From Acidobacteriota bacterium (GTDB lineage Bacteria; Acidobacteriota; UBA6911; RPQK01; JADFOI01): a stretch of DNA of 64,000 bases. A model generated the notes under the pieces. It saw only the letters and a list, made by a program, of their open reading frames with translations, did no database searches and was not told the DNA's origin. The position numbers were made by a program, and so were the translations under genes. Location of the stretch: positions 864,001 to 928,000 of the forward strand of contig OY760074.1 of the NCBI GenBank assembly GCA_963663035.1. Reading direction: 5' to 3'. Shown one piece after another: positions 19,651 through 32,458 of this stretch; the stretch's first letter is position 1; each line of letters starts with the position of its first letter.

Positions 19651-20564
19651 AAGAGTCCGGTCACGACCAAGAACCGGCAGCGCTGGACGTGAGTCGTCGC
19701 CGGGGAGCTCACTCCCTGCGCCTTGCACTCCTGATCACCGTGACCTTTATGGTTGTGGAGTTTGTGGGAGGCCTCTGGACCAACAGTTTGGCACTGTTGG
19801 CCGATGCTGGCCACATGCTGACAGATGCCGCGGCATTGGGCCTCAGTTTATTTGCAGTCTGGTTCATTCGCCGACCGGCGACTCCCGAGAAAACGTATGG
19901 GTATTTCCGCGTGGAGATTCTGGCCGCCTTGATCAACGGTGCAACTCTGCTGGTGATTGCCTTTTTTATTCTCTACGAATCCTACCAACGTCTCGTGCAA
20001 CCGGAGCCCGTTCGAAGTCTGGAGATGCTTGTCATCGCAGCTCTGGGACTGGGCGCGAACTTGCTGAGTGCCTGGATCTTGCACCGTTGTGAGGAAGACA
20101 GTCTCAACATCCGGGGAGCTTTTTTACATGTGATGGGAGACGTGCTGGGCTCGCTTGGGGCCATCGTTGCCAGCCTGGCCATCCTGCTTTGGCAAGCCTA
20201 TTGGGCCGATCCTGCTGTGAGTGCTCTGGTCAGCTTCCTCATTCTGTTGAGTGCCTGGAGGTTGGTCAAAGCCTCAGTCCTGGTCCTTTTAGAGGGCACG
20301 CCCTCCCATGTCAATCTGGCGGTGATGCAGCAAGCGCTTTGTACAGTTGCCGGCGTGGACTCTGTTCACGATCTTCATGTCTGGACCTTGACTTCCGGTG
20401 TGCATGCCATGACCTGCCATGCTGTGGTGGGGGAAGAAAACAGCCGGCATCGAATCCTGGAACAGCTTATTGCCGTCTCTCGAGAACAATTCAAGATTCA
20501 TCACGCCACCATCCAGCTCGAGGACGAGAACCTCTGTCCCAGTGATACAACCTATTGTCACTGA
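19647..20564 (+). CDS. CDF family Zn/Co/Cd efflux transporter (CzcD/ZitB-like)
   Basis: SLALLADAGHMLTD, TYGYFR.EIL, HVMGD, HDLHVW, H.TIQLE. Confidence 0.92.
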   Translation: MKESGHDQEPAALDVSRRRGAHSLRLALLITVTFMVVEFVGGLWTNSLALLADAGHMLTDAAALGLSLFAVWFIRRPATPEKTYGYFRVEILAALINGATLLVIAFFILYESYQRLVQPEPVRSLEMLVIAALGLGANLLSAWILHRCEEDSLNIRGAFLHVMGDVLGSLGAIVASLAILLWQAYWADPAVSALVSFLILLSAWRLVKASVLVLLEGTPSHVNLAVMQQALCTVAGVDSVHDLHVWTLTSGVHAMTCHAVVGEENSRHRILEQLIAVSREQFKIHHATIQLEDENLCPSDTTYCH

Positions 20565-20567
20565 AGA

Positions 20568-20672
20568 AGGAGTCAGGAGGTAGGAGTCAGGAGTCAGGAG
20601 ACTGACAACTAACAACTGACCTCTTAGCTTCTTCCAATCTTCTGGATCCTACCTCCTGCCTCCTGCCTCCTG
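20568..20672. repeat. Mixed heptamer repeats (GGAGTCA, CTGACAA, inverted CCTCCTG)
   Basis: Direct reading between CDF gene and kdsB. Confidence 0.8.
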
Positions 20673-20704
20673 GATTCTTACCCCCGTCTGTAGTAAACTT
20701 CCCT

Positions 20705-23118
<2,414 letters not shown>

Positions 23119-23131
23119 CCCCAGTCGACTG

Positions 23132-23965
23132 ATGACGCCAACGCCCGTTATTTCCCTTGGGGACTGGAAACTTGGTGGCAACAACCCCCTTTTTCTGATT
23201 GCCGGTCCGTGTGTGATTGAGAGTGAGGCGCACTGCCTGGACATGGCCGGGCGGTTGAAAGAGATCACTTCCGGCCTGAAGATCCCTTTTATTTTCAAGG
23301 CCTCCTACGACAAAGCCAATCGCACCTCGATCCACTCTTATCGGGGGCCTGGATTGGAGAAGGGACTCGAAATCCTCCAGCGGGTGAGTCAAGATCTCCA
23401 GATTCCTGTGCTCTCGGATGTCCATGATGTGGCTCAAGTCGAACCAGCGGCCCAGGTTCTGGATGTGCTGCAAATTCCGGCCTTTCTCTGCAGGCAAACC
23501 GATCTAATCCTGGCCGCCGCCTCCACCGGAAAGATCGTCAATATCAAAAAGGGCCAGTTTCTGGCCCCCGGGGATGTCCAGCATGTTCTGGAGAAGGCCC
23601 GCTCGGTGGAAGGATCTCGAGTCGTCCTCACAGAACGAGGCGTGTCCTTCGGATACAATAACCTGGTGACGGATTTTAAGGCCCTTCCCATCATTCGAGC
23701 CCTGGGTGTCCCGGTCGTCTTTGACGCCACCCATAGTGTGCAGCTTCCAGGTGGGGCGGGTGGCTGGAGTGGCGGACAGGCCGAGTTCATTCCTCATCTG
23801 GCCAGAGCAGCAGTGGCGGTGGGAACGGACGGCCTTTTTCTCGAAGTCCATGATCGGCCTGACAAGGCACTCAGTGACGGCGCCAACGCCTTGCTCATCG
23901 ATGAGGTCAAGGGTGTTTTAGGCCAGTTGCAACAGATTGACCGTCTGGTCAAAGACCAGGACTAA
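23132..23965 (+). CDS. kdsA: KDO8P synthase
   Basis: AGPCVIE, KASYDKANRTS, PAFLCRQTD, KKGQF, DATHSVQ. Confidence 0.96.
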   Translation: MTPTPVISLGDWKLGGNNPLFLIAGPCVIESEAHCLDMAGRLKEITSGLKIPFIFKASYDKANRTSIHSYRGPGLEKGLEILQRVSQDLQIPVLSDVHDVAQVEPAAQVLDVLQIPAFLCRQTDLILAAASTGKIVNIKKGQFLAPGDVQHVLEKARSVEGSRVVLTERGVSFGYNNLVTDFKALPIIRALGVPVVFDATHSVQLPGGAGGWSGGQAEFIPHLARAAVAVGTDGLFLEVHDRPDKALSDGANALLIDEVKGVLGQLQQIDRLVKDQD

Positions 23966-23999
23966 AGGCTTGTCAGTTGTCAGTTGTCAGTTGTTTATC

Positions 24000-24959
24000 A
24001 TGTCTCAAGAAACTGGGCGCAGAGTTCTCCAAATTGAAGCGGACGCCATTGCCAGTCTGATCCCGCGGCTTGGCGAATCCTTTGATCAGGTAGTGGAGTT
24101 GTTGGCCAACTGCCAGGGGCGGGTGGTGGTTACGGGTATGGGAAAGTCCGGAATCGTCTCCAGGAAAATTGCGGCCACACTGAGCAGCACCGGTACTCCA
24201 TCGGTTTTTCTTCACCCGGCCGAAGCAGTCCACGGGGATGTGGGGATGCTCACCTCCGGAGATGTGGTTCTGGCACTCTCCAATAGTGGGGAAACGGAAG
24301 AGCTGGTGAAGCTGGTGGAGACCATCAAGCGTTTGGGTATTCCCTTGATCTCAATGGTGGGCAATACCGATTCAACCCTGGCCCAGAACGCGGAGTTGGT
24401 GCTGGATGTTGGTGTGGACCAGGAAGCCTGTCCCTTTGGGTTGGCGCCTACTGCTTCCACCACTGCCTCCATGGCTCTGGGCGATGCTTTGGCCCTTTCT
24501 CTGTCGGAGAAGAAGGGATTTCATCTGGAGGACTTTGCCCGTCTGCATCCTGGCGGGAGACTGGGCAAGACACTGGCCAAGGTGGGAGAGTTGATGCACC
24601 AGGGAGAACAGATCCCTAAAGTGACCGTGGAGACCGCGATGGATGCTGTCATCTATGAGATGTCGAGCAAAGGGCTGGGTGTTACCAGCGTTGTGGAAGA
24701 CGATGATCGTTTGGTTGGGGTCATCTCAGATGGAGATATACGAAGGTTGCTTCAACGGGAGCGCGAGGAGGTTCTCTCCCGCACCGCCAGTCAGTGCATG
24801 ACGAAAGATCCCCTGACGATCAGCCAGGATGAGCTGGCTACGGGTGCGCTCCACCTCATGGAGCAGCGAAAGATCACTTCTTTGATGGTCACCGATGCCT
24901 CCCGAAAGCTCATCGGCATCATTCACCTGCATGACCTGTGGGGAACGGAGATGTTCTAG
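24000..24959 (+). CDS. kdsD: Arabinose-5-phosphate isomerase (KpsF/GutQ, SIS plus CBS)
   Basis: GMGKSG, STGTP, HGD.G, APTASTT, HPGG.LG, CBS pair. Confidence 0.94.
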   Translation: MSQETGRRVLQIEADAIASLIPRLGESFDQVVELLANCQGRVVVTGMGKSGIVSRKIAATLSSTGTPSVFLHPAEAVHGDVGMLTSGDVVLALSNSGETEELVKLVETIKRLGIPLISMVGNTDSTLAQNAELVLDVGVDQEACPFGLAPTASTTASMALGDALALSLSEKKGFHLEDFARLHPGGRLGKTLAKVGELMHQGEQIPKVTVETAMDAVIYEMSSKGLGVTSVVEDDDRLVGVISDGDIRRLLQREREEVLSRTASQCMTKDPLTISQDELATGALHLMEQRKITSLMVTDASRKLIGIIHLHDLWGTEMF

Positions 24960-24962
24960 ATC

Positions 24963-25520
24963 ATGACTACACTTCCTGTTCACGTCGTTGGTAATCTTCA
25001 GAAGATCCGCCTGATTTTGTTGGATGTGGACGGTGTATTGACGGACGGGCGAATTGGTCTGCTTCCCAAGGGTGGCGAAATCAAGTTCTTTTCTGTTTAT
25101 GATGGCCTGGCTATTCGACTGGCCAGGAAAGTGGGTTGGGAAGTCGGATTTCTCACCGGACGCACCAGTGAAGAGGTCGAGGCTCGAGCCCGCGAGCTGG
25201 GTGTTGAAATCCTGGTTCAGGGTTCCAGGGATAAGGTCAAGGACTTTGAAAAGATCTTAAAGGAGCGAAACCTGAAAGCCTCGCAAGTGGCTTATGTCGG
25301 TGATGATCTACCGGATATTCCACTGCTGAAGCTGGTGGGTTTTTCGGCAGCACCGCGCAATGCAGCGGAAGCCGTTAAATATTGCGTGCACTACGTCACC
25401 CGTGAAAGAGGCGGCCACGGGGCCGTTCGCGAAGTGGTGGATCTTTTGCTCAAGAATACCGGCAAGTGGGAAGAAGTTATAGAAGCACTGGATAAAACGG
25501 GGAGCATGACCCCGGGTTGA
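24963..25520 (+). CDS. kdsC: KDO8P phosphatase (HAD)
   Basis: DVDGVLTDG, TGR, GDDLPD, GG.GAVRE. Confidence 0.93.
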   Translation: MTTLPVHVVGNLQKIRLILLDVDGVLTDGRIGLLPKGGEIKFFSVYDGLAIRLARKVGWEVGFLTGRTSEEVEARARELGVEILVQGSRDKVKDFEKILKERNLKASQVAYVGDDLPDIPLLKLVGFSAAPRNAAEAVKYCVHYVTRERGGHGAVREVVDLLLKNTGKWEEVIEALDKTGSMTPG

Positions 25521-25544
25521 CCCACATTTCCTTTACCCTCTCAA

Positions 25545-25713
25545 CCCGCTTTCTCACACCAGGTCGTCGCGAAGCGGCGAAAGGGCCAGAAAACAGAGCC
25601 GTGGGCTTTAGCCCACGGGCCCGCAGGCTAAAGCCTGCGGCTCCGACTGGCGCGCAACGCAGCCAGGTCGGATCATTTCGCCGATGTAGTAGAGCGGGTC
25701 TGAGAAATGCGGG
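25545..25713. mobile_element. MITE-like element with REP-doublet cargo
   Basis: Terminal inverted repeats CCCGC-TTTCTCACACC / GGTCTGAGAAATGCGGG; internal 25564-25653 matches 47148-47237 in reverse. Confidence 0.65.
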
Positions 25714-26152
25714 TTAAAGGATTCACGACTTCCAGAAAGTCATAGTCGGAAAAATGCTTCGGGTTGCAGGTATAGAGTCTTCCCACATGATGATACCTGA
25801 GTGTGGCCGCCAGTTTGAGATCAAAGAGGCGCTTGCCTCTTTGTGGTCCATCACGAAGCAACGATTCGATGACTTTTAGGATGGCAGGCTCGTAGGCAAT
25901 CTTCTGGATGAGAGGGTGGTCCAAATAGATCCGACAGACGCCCCAGGCTTGTTCGGTGGTGAGGGGGTTGGGAAGAAGAATCGAATTGGTCAAGGCCGCG
26001 AAAAACTCACACAGGGTCTGGTGACAGACAACAAACTCTTCTTCTCCGACAGCCAAAACTCTGGATTCGACAAAGTCTCTGGCTGCCGAGTGTTGAGAGA
26101 CCGAGCTATTATGGGCGTAAAGCAGCAGGTTGGTGTCAACTGCGCTGTTCAT
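25673..26152 (-). CDS. PIN-domain toxin (VapC-like)
   Basis: VDTNLLLYA, conserved E and D, YT.N..HF; overlaps upstream antitoxin. Confidence 0.85.
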   Translation of the reverse strand: MNSAVDTNLLLYAHNSSVSQHSAARDFVESRVLAVGEEEFVVCHQTLCEFFAALTNSILLPNPLTTEQAWGVCRIYLDHPLIQKIAYEPAILKVIESLLRDGPQRGKRLFDLKLAATLRYHHVGRLYTCNPKHFSDYDFLEVVNPLTRISQTRSTTSAK

Positions 26153-26385
26153 GGACTCACCACGTGAGAATCCTGGTAGATGGCTTTTCTTAAGTCGCTT
26201 TTGCGCGGTTTTCCCAGCTTGAAGACGGGCAGCTGCCCGAGTCGTCGTGGCTTGGCAGGTAAACGAGACACATAGTGCTCCAGGCTTTTCTGGAGCAGCT
26301 CGCCCACTGACACTTCCTGGTTCTTGGCGACGGCTTTCACGCGTTTAGCCAATTCGTCACTCACACTCACGCTGATGCGCTTCAT
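26149..26385 (-). CDS. Ribbon-helix-helix antitoxin (VapB/CopG-like)
   Basis: MKRISVSVSDEL RHH pattern; small basic ORF coupled to PIN gene. Confidence 0.75.
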   Translation of the reverse strand: MKRISVSVSDELAKRVKAVAKNQEVSVGELLQKSLEHYVSRLPAKPRRLGQLPVFKLGKPRKSDLRKAIYQDSHVVSP

Positions 26386-26434
26386 CCCTAATATGATACA
26401 TCATCTCCCTGAATGGGAGTGTGGCGACGGTTCC

Positions 26435-29400
26435 CTAATCCAGAAGGGGAGCGAGGTGACGCTCAGCTGTGTCCTGGTCGATCCTCCTTCTGCGAGCGTA
26501 GTCCTGGACCTGATCGCGGTCGATTTTCCCGACCCCGAAGTAGTGAGACTCGGGATGGGAGAAGTAAAATCCGCACACAGAAGCTGCCGGATCCATGGCA
26601 AAGCTATCGGTTAAGCAAACAGGCAAATCTTTCCCATTTCCCAACAGTTCAAAGAGCTCCGTCTTCAAGCTGTGATCGGGACAGGCGGGATAGCCGGGTG
26701 CGGGCCGAATGCCCTGGTAGCGCTCCCCGATGAGAGCCTGCTTGTCCAGCTGCTCCTCCGACGCATAGCCCCAGAACTCCTGGCGAACCCTCTGGTGCAG
26801 TCTCTCCGCAAAGGCTTCGGCCAGGCGGTCCGCCAATGCCTTCACCATAATGCTCTGATAGACATCCTGCTCTGCCTCAAAGCCCTTTACGACTTCTTGA
26901 GTCCCAATCCCGCCGGTGACCAGGAAGGCCCCCAGATAATCCTTTAGCCCGGTTTCTTTGGGTGCGATGAAGTCACTCAAGCAGCGATTGGGCCGGCCCG
27001 GCTGTTTCTGGATCTGCTGTCTGAGGTTGTGAAGGGTGAGCAGAACCTGTGACCGGGATTCATCGGTGTAGACTTCAATATCGTCGTCCTCCACACTGTT
27101 GGCGGGAAAAAATCCAATGACCCCCCTGGCTTCCAGCAGTTTTTCATCCACGATGCGTTCCAGCAAAGCGAGAGCATTTCGGTGGAGATCGGTGGCCTCT
27201 TTACCAACCTTTGCATCTTCCAGAATCTGAGGGTAACGCCCGGACAGCTCCCAGGCCTTGAAAAAGGGTGACCAATCGATGTGCTGGATCAGCTCTTTCA
27301 GGGAATACCGATCAAACCTCTTGATCCCGACCAGTTGAGGAACAGGCGGACTGTAACGGGGCCAATCCATTCTGACTTTGTTCCTGCGTGCTTCCGGGAG
27401 AGGGTGGAATCGGATTTGCTTTTTCCTTCCTTCGTGCCGCTCACGTATTTGCTGATACTTGGCTATGACATCATCCGTGTAGCTACCTCTCTCATCACTC
27501 AGCAACTTGGAAACCACCGTGACGCTGCGCGAGGCATCGGGAACATAGACCGTCTGGGCATAGTGGGGGGCGATCTTGACTGCCGTGTGAACCTGGGAAG
27601 TCGTAGCCCCGCCGATCAGCAGTGGAAGATCAAAACCTTCCCGTGTCATTTCCGAAGCCAGTTGAGCCATCTGATCCAGTGAGGGTGTGATCAGGCCGCT
27701 GAGCCCGATGATGTCGACTCCTTCTTCTCGCGCGGTCTTCAGAATACGATCAGCCGGCACCATCACCCCGAGGTCGAGGACTTCATAGTTATTGCACTCC
27801 AGAACCACACCCACAATATTTTTGCCGATGTCATGGACGTCTCCCTTGACGGTGGCCATCAGAATCTTGCCCTTGGAACGGGTGTCCTCAAGTTTGCTCT
27901 TGTCTTCTTCGATGAAGGGAAGCAGGTAGGCCACTGCCTTTTTCATCACCCGGGCACTCTTCACCACCTGAGGGAGGAACATCTTTCCCGATCCAAACAG
28001 GTCCCCGACGATGTTCATTCCATCCATCAGGGGGCCCTCAATCACTTCAATTGGACGAGCGTAATGCTGACGAGCCTCCTCCGTATCCTCCACGACATAC
28101 TCACTGATACCGGACACCAGCGCATGGGACAGGCGCTCGCCGACCGGCTTTTCACGCCAGGCCAGATCTTCTGTCACGCTCTTCGATTGACCCACTGCCG
28201 AGGCTGCTATCTCCAGCAGCCGGTCAGTGGCATCGGGCCGGCGGTTCAAAATGACGTCTTCCACCCGCTCCCGCAGATCCTCAGGAATCTCTTCATACAC
28301 CGCCAGTTGAGCCGCGTTCACGATGGCCATATCCAGTCCCGCCGCGATGGCGTGGTAAAGGAAGACCGAATGCATGGCCTCGCGAACCGCATCGTTGCCG
28401 CGGAAAGAGAAGGAGACGTTGCTGAGTCCTCCGCTCACCTTCACATGCGGCAGGGTTTCCTTGATTTCCCGGGTGGCCTCAATGAAGTCGACGGCGTAGT
28501 TGTTGTGCTCTTCGATGCCAGTTGCCACGGCGAAGACATTGGGATCGAAGATGATGTCCTGGGGGGGGAAGCCCACCTCTTCGGTCAGAAGCCGGAAAGC
28601 ACGAGTACAGATCTCGACCTTGCGCTTCCGGGTGTCGGCTTGCCCCTTATCGTCAAAAGCCATGACGATCACAGCCGCCCCATAGCGTCGGGCCAGTCGT
28701 GCCTGGCGGAGAAACTCTTCCTCCCCCTCCTTGAGACTGATGGAATTCACCACGGACTTCCCTTGCAGGCACTTCAGACCTGCCTCAATGACCTTCCAAT
28801 CGGAGGAATCCACCAGGACCGGGACCCGGCTGATATCCGGTTCCGCAGCTACCAGATTCAGGAACTTTCCCATGGCCTGTTCGCTCTCGAGCATTCCCTC
28901 GTCCATGTTGACGTCGATCATCTGGGCGCCGTTGGTGATCTGCTCCTGGGCCACTTCCAGTGCCTTCTCATAGTCCCCCTCCAGGATGATCTTGGCAAAG
29001 CGACGGGAACCGGTGACATTGGTCCGCTCGCCGATATTGACAAACAGGGTGTCCGAACCGATATTGAGTGGCTCCAGGCCGCTGAGACGGCACCTCGACT
29101 CGATCTCAGGCACGGGTCGGGGAGGGAGCTGGCTGACGGCCGCGGCCAGGGCTTCAATGTGCTCCGGAGTGGTCCCGCAGCAGCCTCCCACCACATTGAG
29201 AAATCCACTTTGGGCAAACTCTTTCAGCAGATCGGCCATTTGCTGGGGCGTTTGATCATACTCACCGAAGTCGTTGGGGAGCCCGGCATTGGGATAAGCG
29301 CAAATGTAGGTGTCGGCGATCTGGGACAGTTCCTGGATGTGCGGTCGCAGATCTTTGGCACCCAGGGCACAGTTCAATCCGATGGTGAGGGGACCAACAT

Positions 29401-30115
29401 GAGAGACGGAGTTCCAGAAAGCTTCAGGCGTCTGACCGGAGAGGGTCCGGCCACTGGCGTCGGTGATGGTACCTGAGATCATGACGGGCAGCCGAACACT
29501 ATACTCCTGGAAATACTCTTCGATGGCGAAGAGCGCGGCCTTGGCGTTTAACGTGTCAAAAATGGTCTCCACCAGAAGAACGTCCACTCCGCCCTCGACG
29601 AGACCTCTCACGGCCGTCTTGTAGGCCTGGACCAATTCGTCGAAGGTAATGTTCCTGAGTCCCGGGTCATCCACTTTGGGAGGCAGCGAGGCGGTGCGGT
29701 TGGTGGGGCCTATAGCTCCGGCAACGAAGCGCGGCCTGGTGGGATCCTGGGCCGAGTACTCATCGGTTATCTGCCGAGCCAGCTGGGCAGAGGCCAGGTT
29801 CATTTCAAAGGCCAGTTCTTCCAGCTGGTAGTCGATCATGGAGACCGAGTTGGAGTTGAGTGTGTTGGTTTCAATGATGTCTGCACCGGCCTCCAGATAG
29901 GCGCGGTGGATCGACTCGATGACGTCAGGCCGAGTCAGGGACAAGAGATCATTGTTGCCTTGGAGGCTGCAGGCGTGATCGCTAAAGCGCTGCCCTCGAA
30001 AATCCTCCTCTGTAAGCTTGTAGGCCTGGATCATCGTTCCCATGGCACCGTCCAGCACCAGGATCCGCTCATCCAGCAGGCCTATCAGTGTTCCTTGTCG
30101 GTTCTCTTTAGCCAT
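26435..30115 (-). CDS. metH: Cobalamin-dependent methionine synthase
   Basis: [49 protein letters not shown]. Confidence 0.98.
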   Translation of the reverse strand: MAKENRQGTLIGLLDERILVLDGAMGTMIQAYKLTEEDFRGQRFSDHACSLQGNNDLLSLTRPDVIESIHRAYLEAGADIIETNTLNSNSVSMIDYQLEELAFEMNLASAQLARQITDEYSAQDPTRPRFVAGAIGPTNRTASLPPKVDDPGLRNITFDELVQAYKTAVRGLVEGGVDVLLVETIFDTLNAKAALFAIEEYFQEYSVRLPVMISGTITDASGRTLSGQTPEAFWNSVSHVGPLTIGLNCALGAKDLRPHIQELSQIADTYICAYPNAGLPNDFGEYDQTPQQMADLLKEFAQSGFLNVVGGCCGTTPEHIEALAAAVSQLPPRPVPEIESRCRLSGLEPLNIGSDTLFVNIGERTNVTGSRRFAKIILEGDYEKALEVAQEQITNGAQMIDVNMDEGMLESEQAMGKFLNLVAAEPDISRVPVLVDSSDWKVIEAGLKCLQGKSVVNSISLKEGEEEFLRQARLARRYGAAVIVMAFDDKGQADTRKRKVEICTRAFRLLTEEVGFPPQDIIFDPNVFAVATGIEEHNNYAVDFIEATREIKETLPHVKVSGGLSNVSFSFRGNDAVREAMHSVFLYHAIAAGLDMAIVNAAQLAVYEEIPEDLRERVEDVILNRRPDATDRLLEIAASAVGQSKSVTEDLAWREKPVGERLSHALVSGISEYVVEDTEEARQHYARPIEVIEGPLMDGMNIVGDLFGSGKMFLPQVVKSARVMKKAVAYLLPFIEEDKSKLEDTRSKGKILMATVKGDVHDIGKNIVGVVLECNNYEVLDLGVMVPADRILKTAREEGVDIIGLSGLITPSLDQMAQLASEMTREGFDLPLLIGGATTSQVHTAVKIAPHYAQTVYVPDASRSVTVVSKLLSDERGSYTDDVIAKYQQIRERHEGRKKQIRFHPLPEARRNKVRMDWPRYSPPVPQLVGIKRFDRYSLKELIQHIDWSPFFKAWELSGRYPQILEDAKVGKEATDLHRNALALLERIVDEKLLEARGVIGFFPANSVEDDDIEVYTDESRSQVLLTLHNLRQQIQKQPGRPNRCLSDFIAPKETGLKDYLGAFLVTGGIGTQEVVKGFEAEQDVYQSIMVKALADRLAEAFAERLHQRVRQEFWGYASEEQLDKQALIGERYQGIRPAPGYPACPDHSLKTELFELLGNGKDLPVCLTDSFAMDPAASVCGFYFSHPESHYFGVGKIDRDQVQDYARRRRIDQDTAERHLAPLLD

Positions 30116-30175
30116 GGAGGGACAATTCTACCAAGATCTGGATTCAGTGGGATCAAGAAAGGGGGATCAGAGCGG

Positions 30176-31057
30176 CTAGCGTAACATGTTCAGTTCTTCT
30201 GCCACCTGACGAATGCCTTCAAAGTCTTCGTTTCGGGCAGGAATGAGCCGGTTTCGAGGAAGTGCCACCAGCAGCAGGGGATCCTCAATCTGAACCAGTG
30301 CCTGCTGCAGCCGGTCGGTAAAGCCGCTGCCGAAGATCGTCTCCAGCTCCGGGTGGGCTGTCCAGTTGTAGTCGGCAAAAGCGGGGGTTTTCCAGATGAT
30401 CCGGCACACTTCGGGGTCGGTCTTGCCTTCCTCGACTCGCCTGTCATAGACCCGGTAATTGATGACGCCGGCCTGGTACTGTCCGCTTTCCACCAGCTCG
30501 GCTGTTTTGTCATGACTGCCGGAAAAGCCCACTGGATAGCTGAAGAAATCCTGGGGGGACTGGCCCACGTTCTGGCGGATGAAGTATTCAGGCATGAGTC
30601 GGGCCGAGGTGGAGCTCTGTGATCCAAAAGTGAAGCGTAAATCGGCGATGGCCACGGGGAACTCCTGGGATAGCTCCAGAGCGGTGTCCTTGTGAGCAAT
30701 AAAGTAGGAGTAATAGTTGGGGTCTTCCTCGCCCTGGGCGATGGCCCTGGCACCCCCAACGGCCTGGCGCGCCTGGACTCCGGTGAGGCCTCCCAACCAG
30801 GCCAGGAGCACATCGCCATTTTTGAACATCTCCACGGCCGCCTGGTAGTCGCGGGCCGGTACATACTCCAGTGTGACTCCCAACTGCCGGCTCAAGTGTT
30901 CCGCCAGCGGTTGAAACTTTTCCTGAAGCTCGGTGCTGGTCTGATCGGGAATAGCGGTAAAGCGAAGAACGCTAATCTCCTCCGTCACCGTCCCGCCACA
31001 GTTACAGAGCAGCCCCGCCATCAGCCCAAGTAAGGTTAGCCGTTTTACTGCATGCAT
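30176..31057 (-). CDS. PhnD-family substrate-binding lipoprotein (putative selenate/phosphonate ABC SBP)
   Basis: Lipobox-like Cys; AIPDQ, GGLTGVQAR, FGS.SSTS, FSGSHD. Confidence 0.8.
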   Translation of the reverse strand: MHAVKRLTLLGLMAGLLCNCGGTVTEEISVLRFTAIPDQTSTELQEKFQPLAEHLSRQLGVTLEYVPARDYQAAVEMFKNGDVLLAWLGGLTGVQARQAVGGARAIAQGEEDPNYYSYFIAHKDTALELSQEFPVAIADLRFTFGSQSSTSARLMPEYFIRQNVGQSPQDFFSYPVGFSGSHDKTAELVESGQYQAGVINYRVYDRRVEEGKTDPEVCRIIWKTPAFADYNWTAHPELETIFGSGFTDRLQQALVQIEDPLLLVALPRNRLIPARNEDFEGIRQVAEELNMLR

Positions 31058-31116
31058 CCACTGAGCCTAGCAGACAGGTACAGCCTTACTCAACAAAGCG
31101 GCCCAAGGCGCTCCTG

Positions 31117-31144
31117 TTGTGTCCCGCCCGGGCTGTGGTATACT
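31117..31144 (+). promoter_or_regulatory. Sigma70 promoter upstream of tRNA-Gly fragment
   Basis: TTGTGT-16 bp-TATACT with extended TG. Confidence 0.6.
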
Positions 31145-31203
31145 CTCCCCACGGAGTTTTCGTAAGTAGCTTGTTTTCAAGTAAATAGCGGATTCTCTTA
31201 AGA

Positions 31204-31235
31204 GCGGGAGTAATTCAGCGGTAGAATGCCAGCTT
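31204..31235 (+). pseudogene. 5' half of a tRNA-Gly (probably CCC), truncated in the anticodon loop; probable att site
   Basis: GCGGGAG-TA-ATTC-AGCGGTA-GAAT-G-CCAGC-TT = acceptor strand, D arm, anticodon 5' strand, then unrelated sequence. Confidence 0.8.
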
Positions 31236-31309
31236 ATCCTGCCCACCCTTATTTATCAGTAGTTTAGAAGCCATGCTGTCTGTTATGCTGTCCGTATCTG
31301 GAGGTGTGC

Positions 31310-32440
31310 ATGGCTCGGGTAAACATCCTCAAACGCTTCAAAACTGACCATCGCTGGAAGATGGTCTCCATCCCCCGGAATCGTAATGGTAACTACAACT
31401 GGAAGGCGCTGCCGGAAGGGCGCTACTACATCGAATGGTACGCGGGTGGAAAGCGTAAGCGGCAGGCAGCCGGTGTTACGGCCGCAGGAGCCCTGGAGGC
31501 GGCGCGGCGCAAGCGCCATGAGATGGAAGGGAAGGCGCTCGGAGCCCCTGGGTATGGCGACAAAGAGGAGGAATCTCGACGCACACCCCTTCATTTGGCG
31601 GTCAAGCACTATCTTGATGTGGTGGAGGGGCTAAAAAAGCCCAACACGGTTCGGAAGTACCGCACCGTCCTGGAGCGGTTCTTGGAGTTTTTCTCGGGCA
31701 AGGCAACCGCACAAAGTATCACGCCTGATGATCTGAACGAGTTTATGGTGCACCTGAAGAACAAAAAGCGTCTGGGAAATAACTCGGTCATTCACAACAT
31801 GGTGATTGTGGCGCAGTTCATGCGAAAGCAGGGGCGGCCGGGACTGACGCGCCAGATTGATCTACCGCAGAAGGTGGCAGCACTGCCCCAAGACTATTCT
31901 GATAAAGAGTTGCGTGGGTTCTTCGACGTGTGTGATTCCTGGGAGAGAACCCTTTTTTCCACCTTTCTTTTCACGGGATTTCGGGAGCGGGAGGTGATGC
32001 ACCTTTTCTGGGAGGATGTAAATTTTTCCCTCAACATGATTCAGGTGAAGGCAAAGCCTCAGTTGGGTTTTTATCCGAAGAGGTCCGAAGACAGGGAAGT
32101 CCCGGCGCACAAGCGCCTGATGTCGCTTTTCAAAAAGCATCCCCGTGTAGAGGGGGTGTCGTTTGTCTTTCCTTCGCCCCGTGGAAATCGGGAACTGCAT
32201 ATGCTGGATAAGTGTAAGGCGGCGGCAGGGCGGGCCGGGCTTGATGAGAGTCGCTTCACGCTGCGGAAATTTCGCTCAACCTATGCCACGCGGATGCTGC
32301 GGACGGGTTTTGACGTGCGAACGGTTCAGCACTGGATGGGGCACAAGTCCTTGGAGACGACAATGCGGTATTTGGCGCCTGCCAAGGAAGTGCATGCCAA
32401 GCTTGATCAGATGCAGATTGCGGGGGTGTTGGAGGAGTAA
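31310..32440 (+). CDS. Tyrosine recombinase/integrase
   Basis: TGFREREV (R), RKFR, MGH.SLETTMRY (H, Y); GGAGG RBS. Confidence 0.92.
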   Translation: MARVNILKRFKTDHRWKMVSIPRNRNGNYNWKALPEGRYYIEWYAGGKRKRQAAGVTAAGALEAARRKRHEMEGKALGAPGYGDKEEESRRTPLHLAVKHYLDVVEGLKKPNTVRKYRTVLERFLEFFSGKATAQSITPDDLNEFMVHLKNKKRLGNNSVIHNMVIVAQFMRKQGRPGLTRQIDLPQKVAALPQDYSDKELRGFFDVCDSWERTLFSTFLFTGFREREVMHLFWEDVNFSLNMIQVKAKPQLGFYPKRSEDREVPAHKRLMSLFKKHPRVEGVSFVFPSPRGNRELHMLDKCKAAAGRAGLDESRFTLRKFRSTYATRMLRTGFDVRTVQHWMGHKSLETTMRYLAPAKEVHAKLDQMQIAGVLEE

Positions 32441-32458
32441 GGGCGGCTTGCTTTGAAC

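Noticed and set aside
27833-29476. 547-aa plus-strand ORF
   Set aside because: Antisense shadow of metH; the same applies to long antisense ORFs over pyrG, dnaX and tkt
31236-31310. Group I intron after U33 of tRNA-Gly
   Set aside because: No P/Q/R/S core elements or 3' exon recognised; the sequence has att-like repeats and leads straight into an integrase
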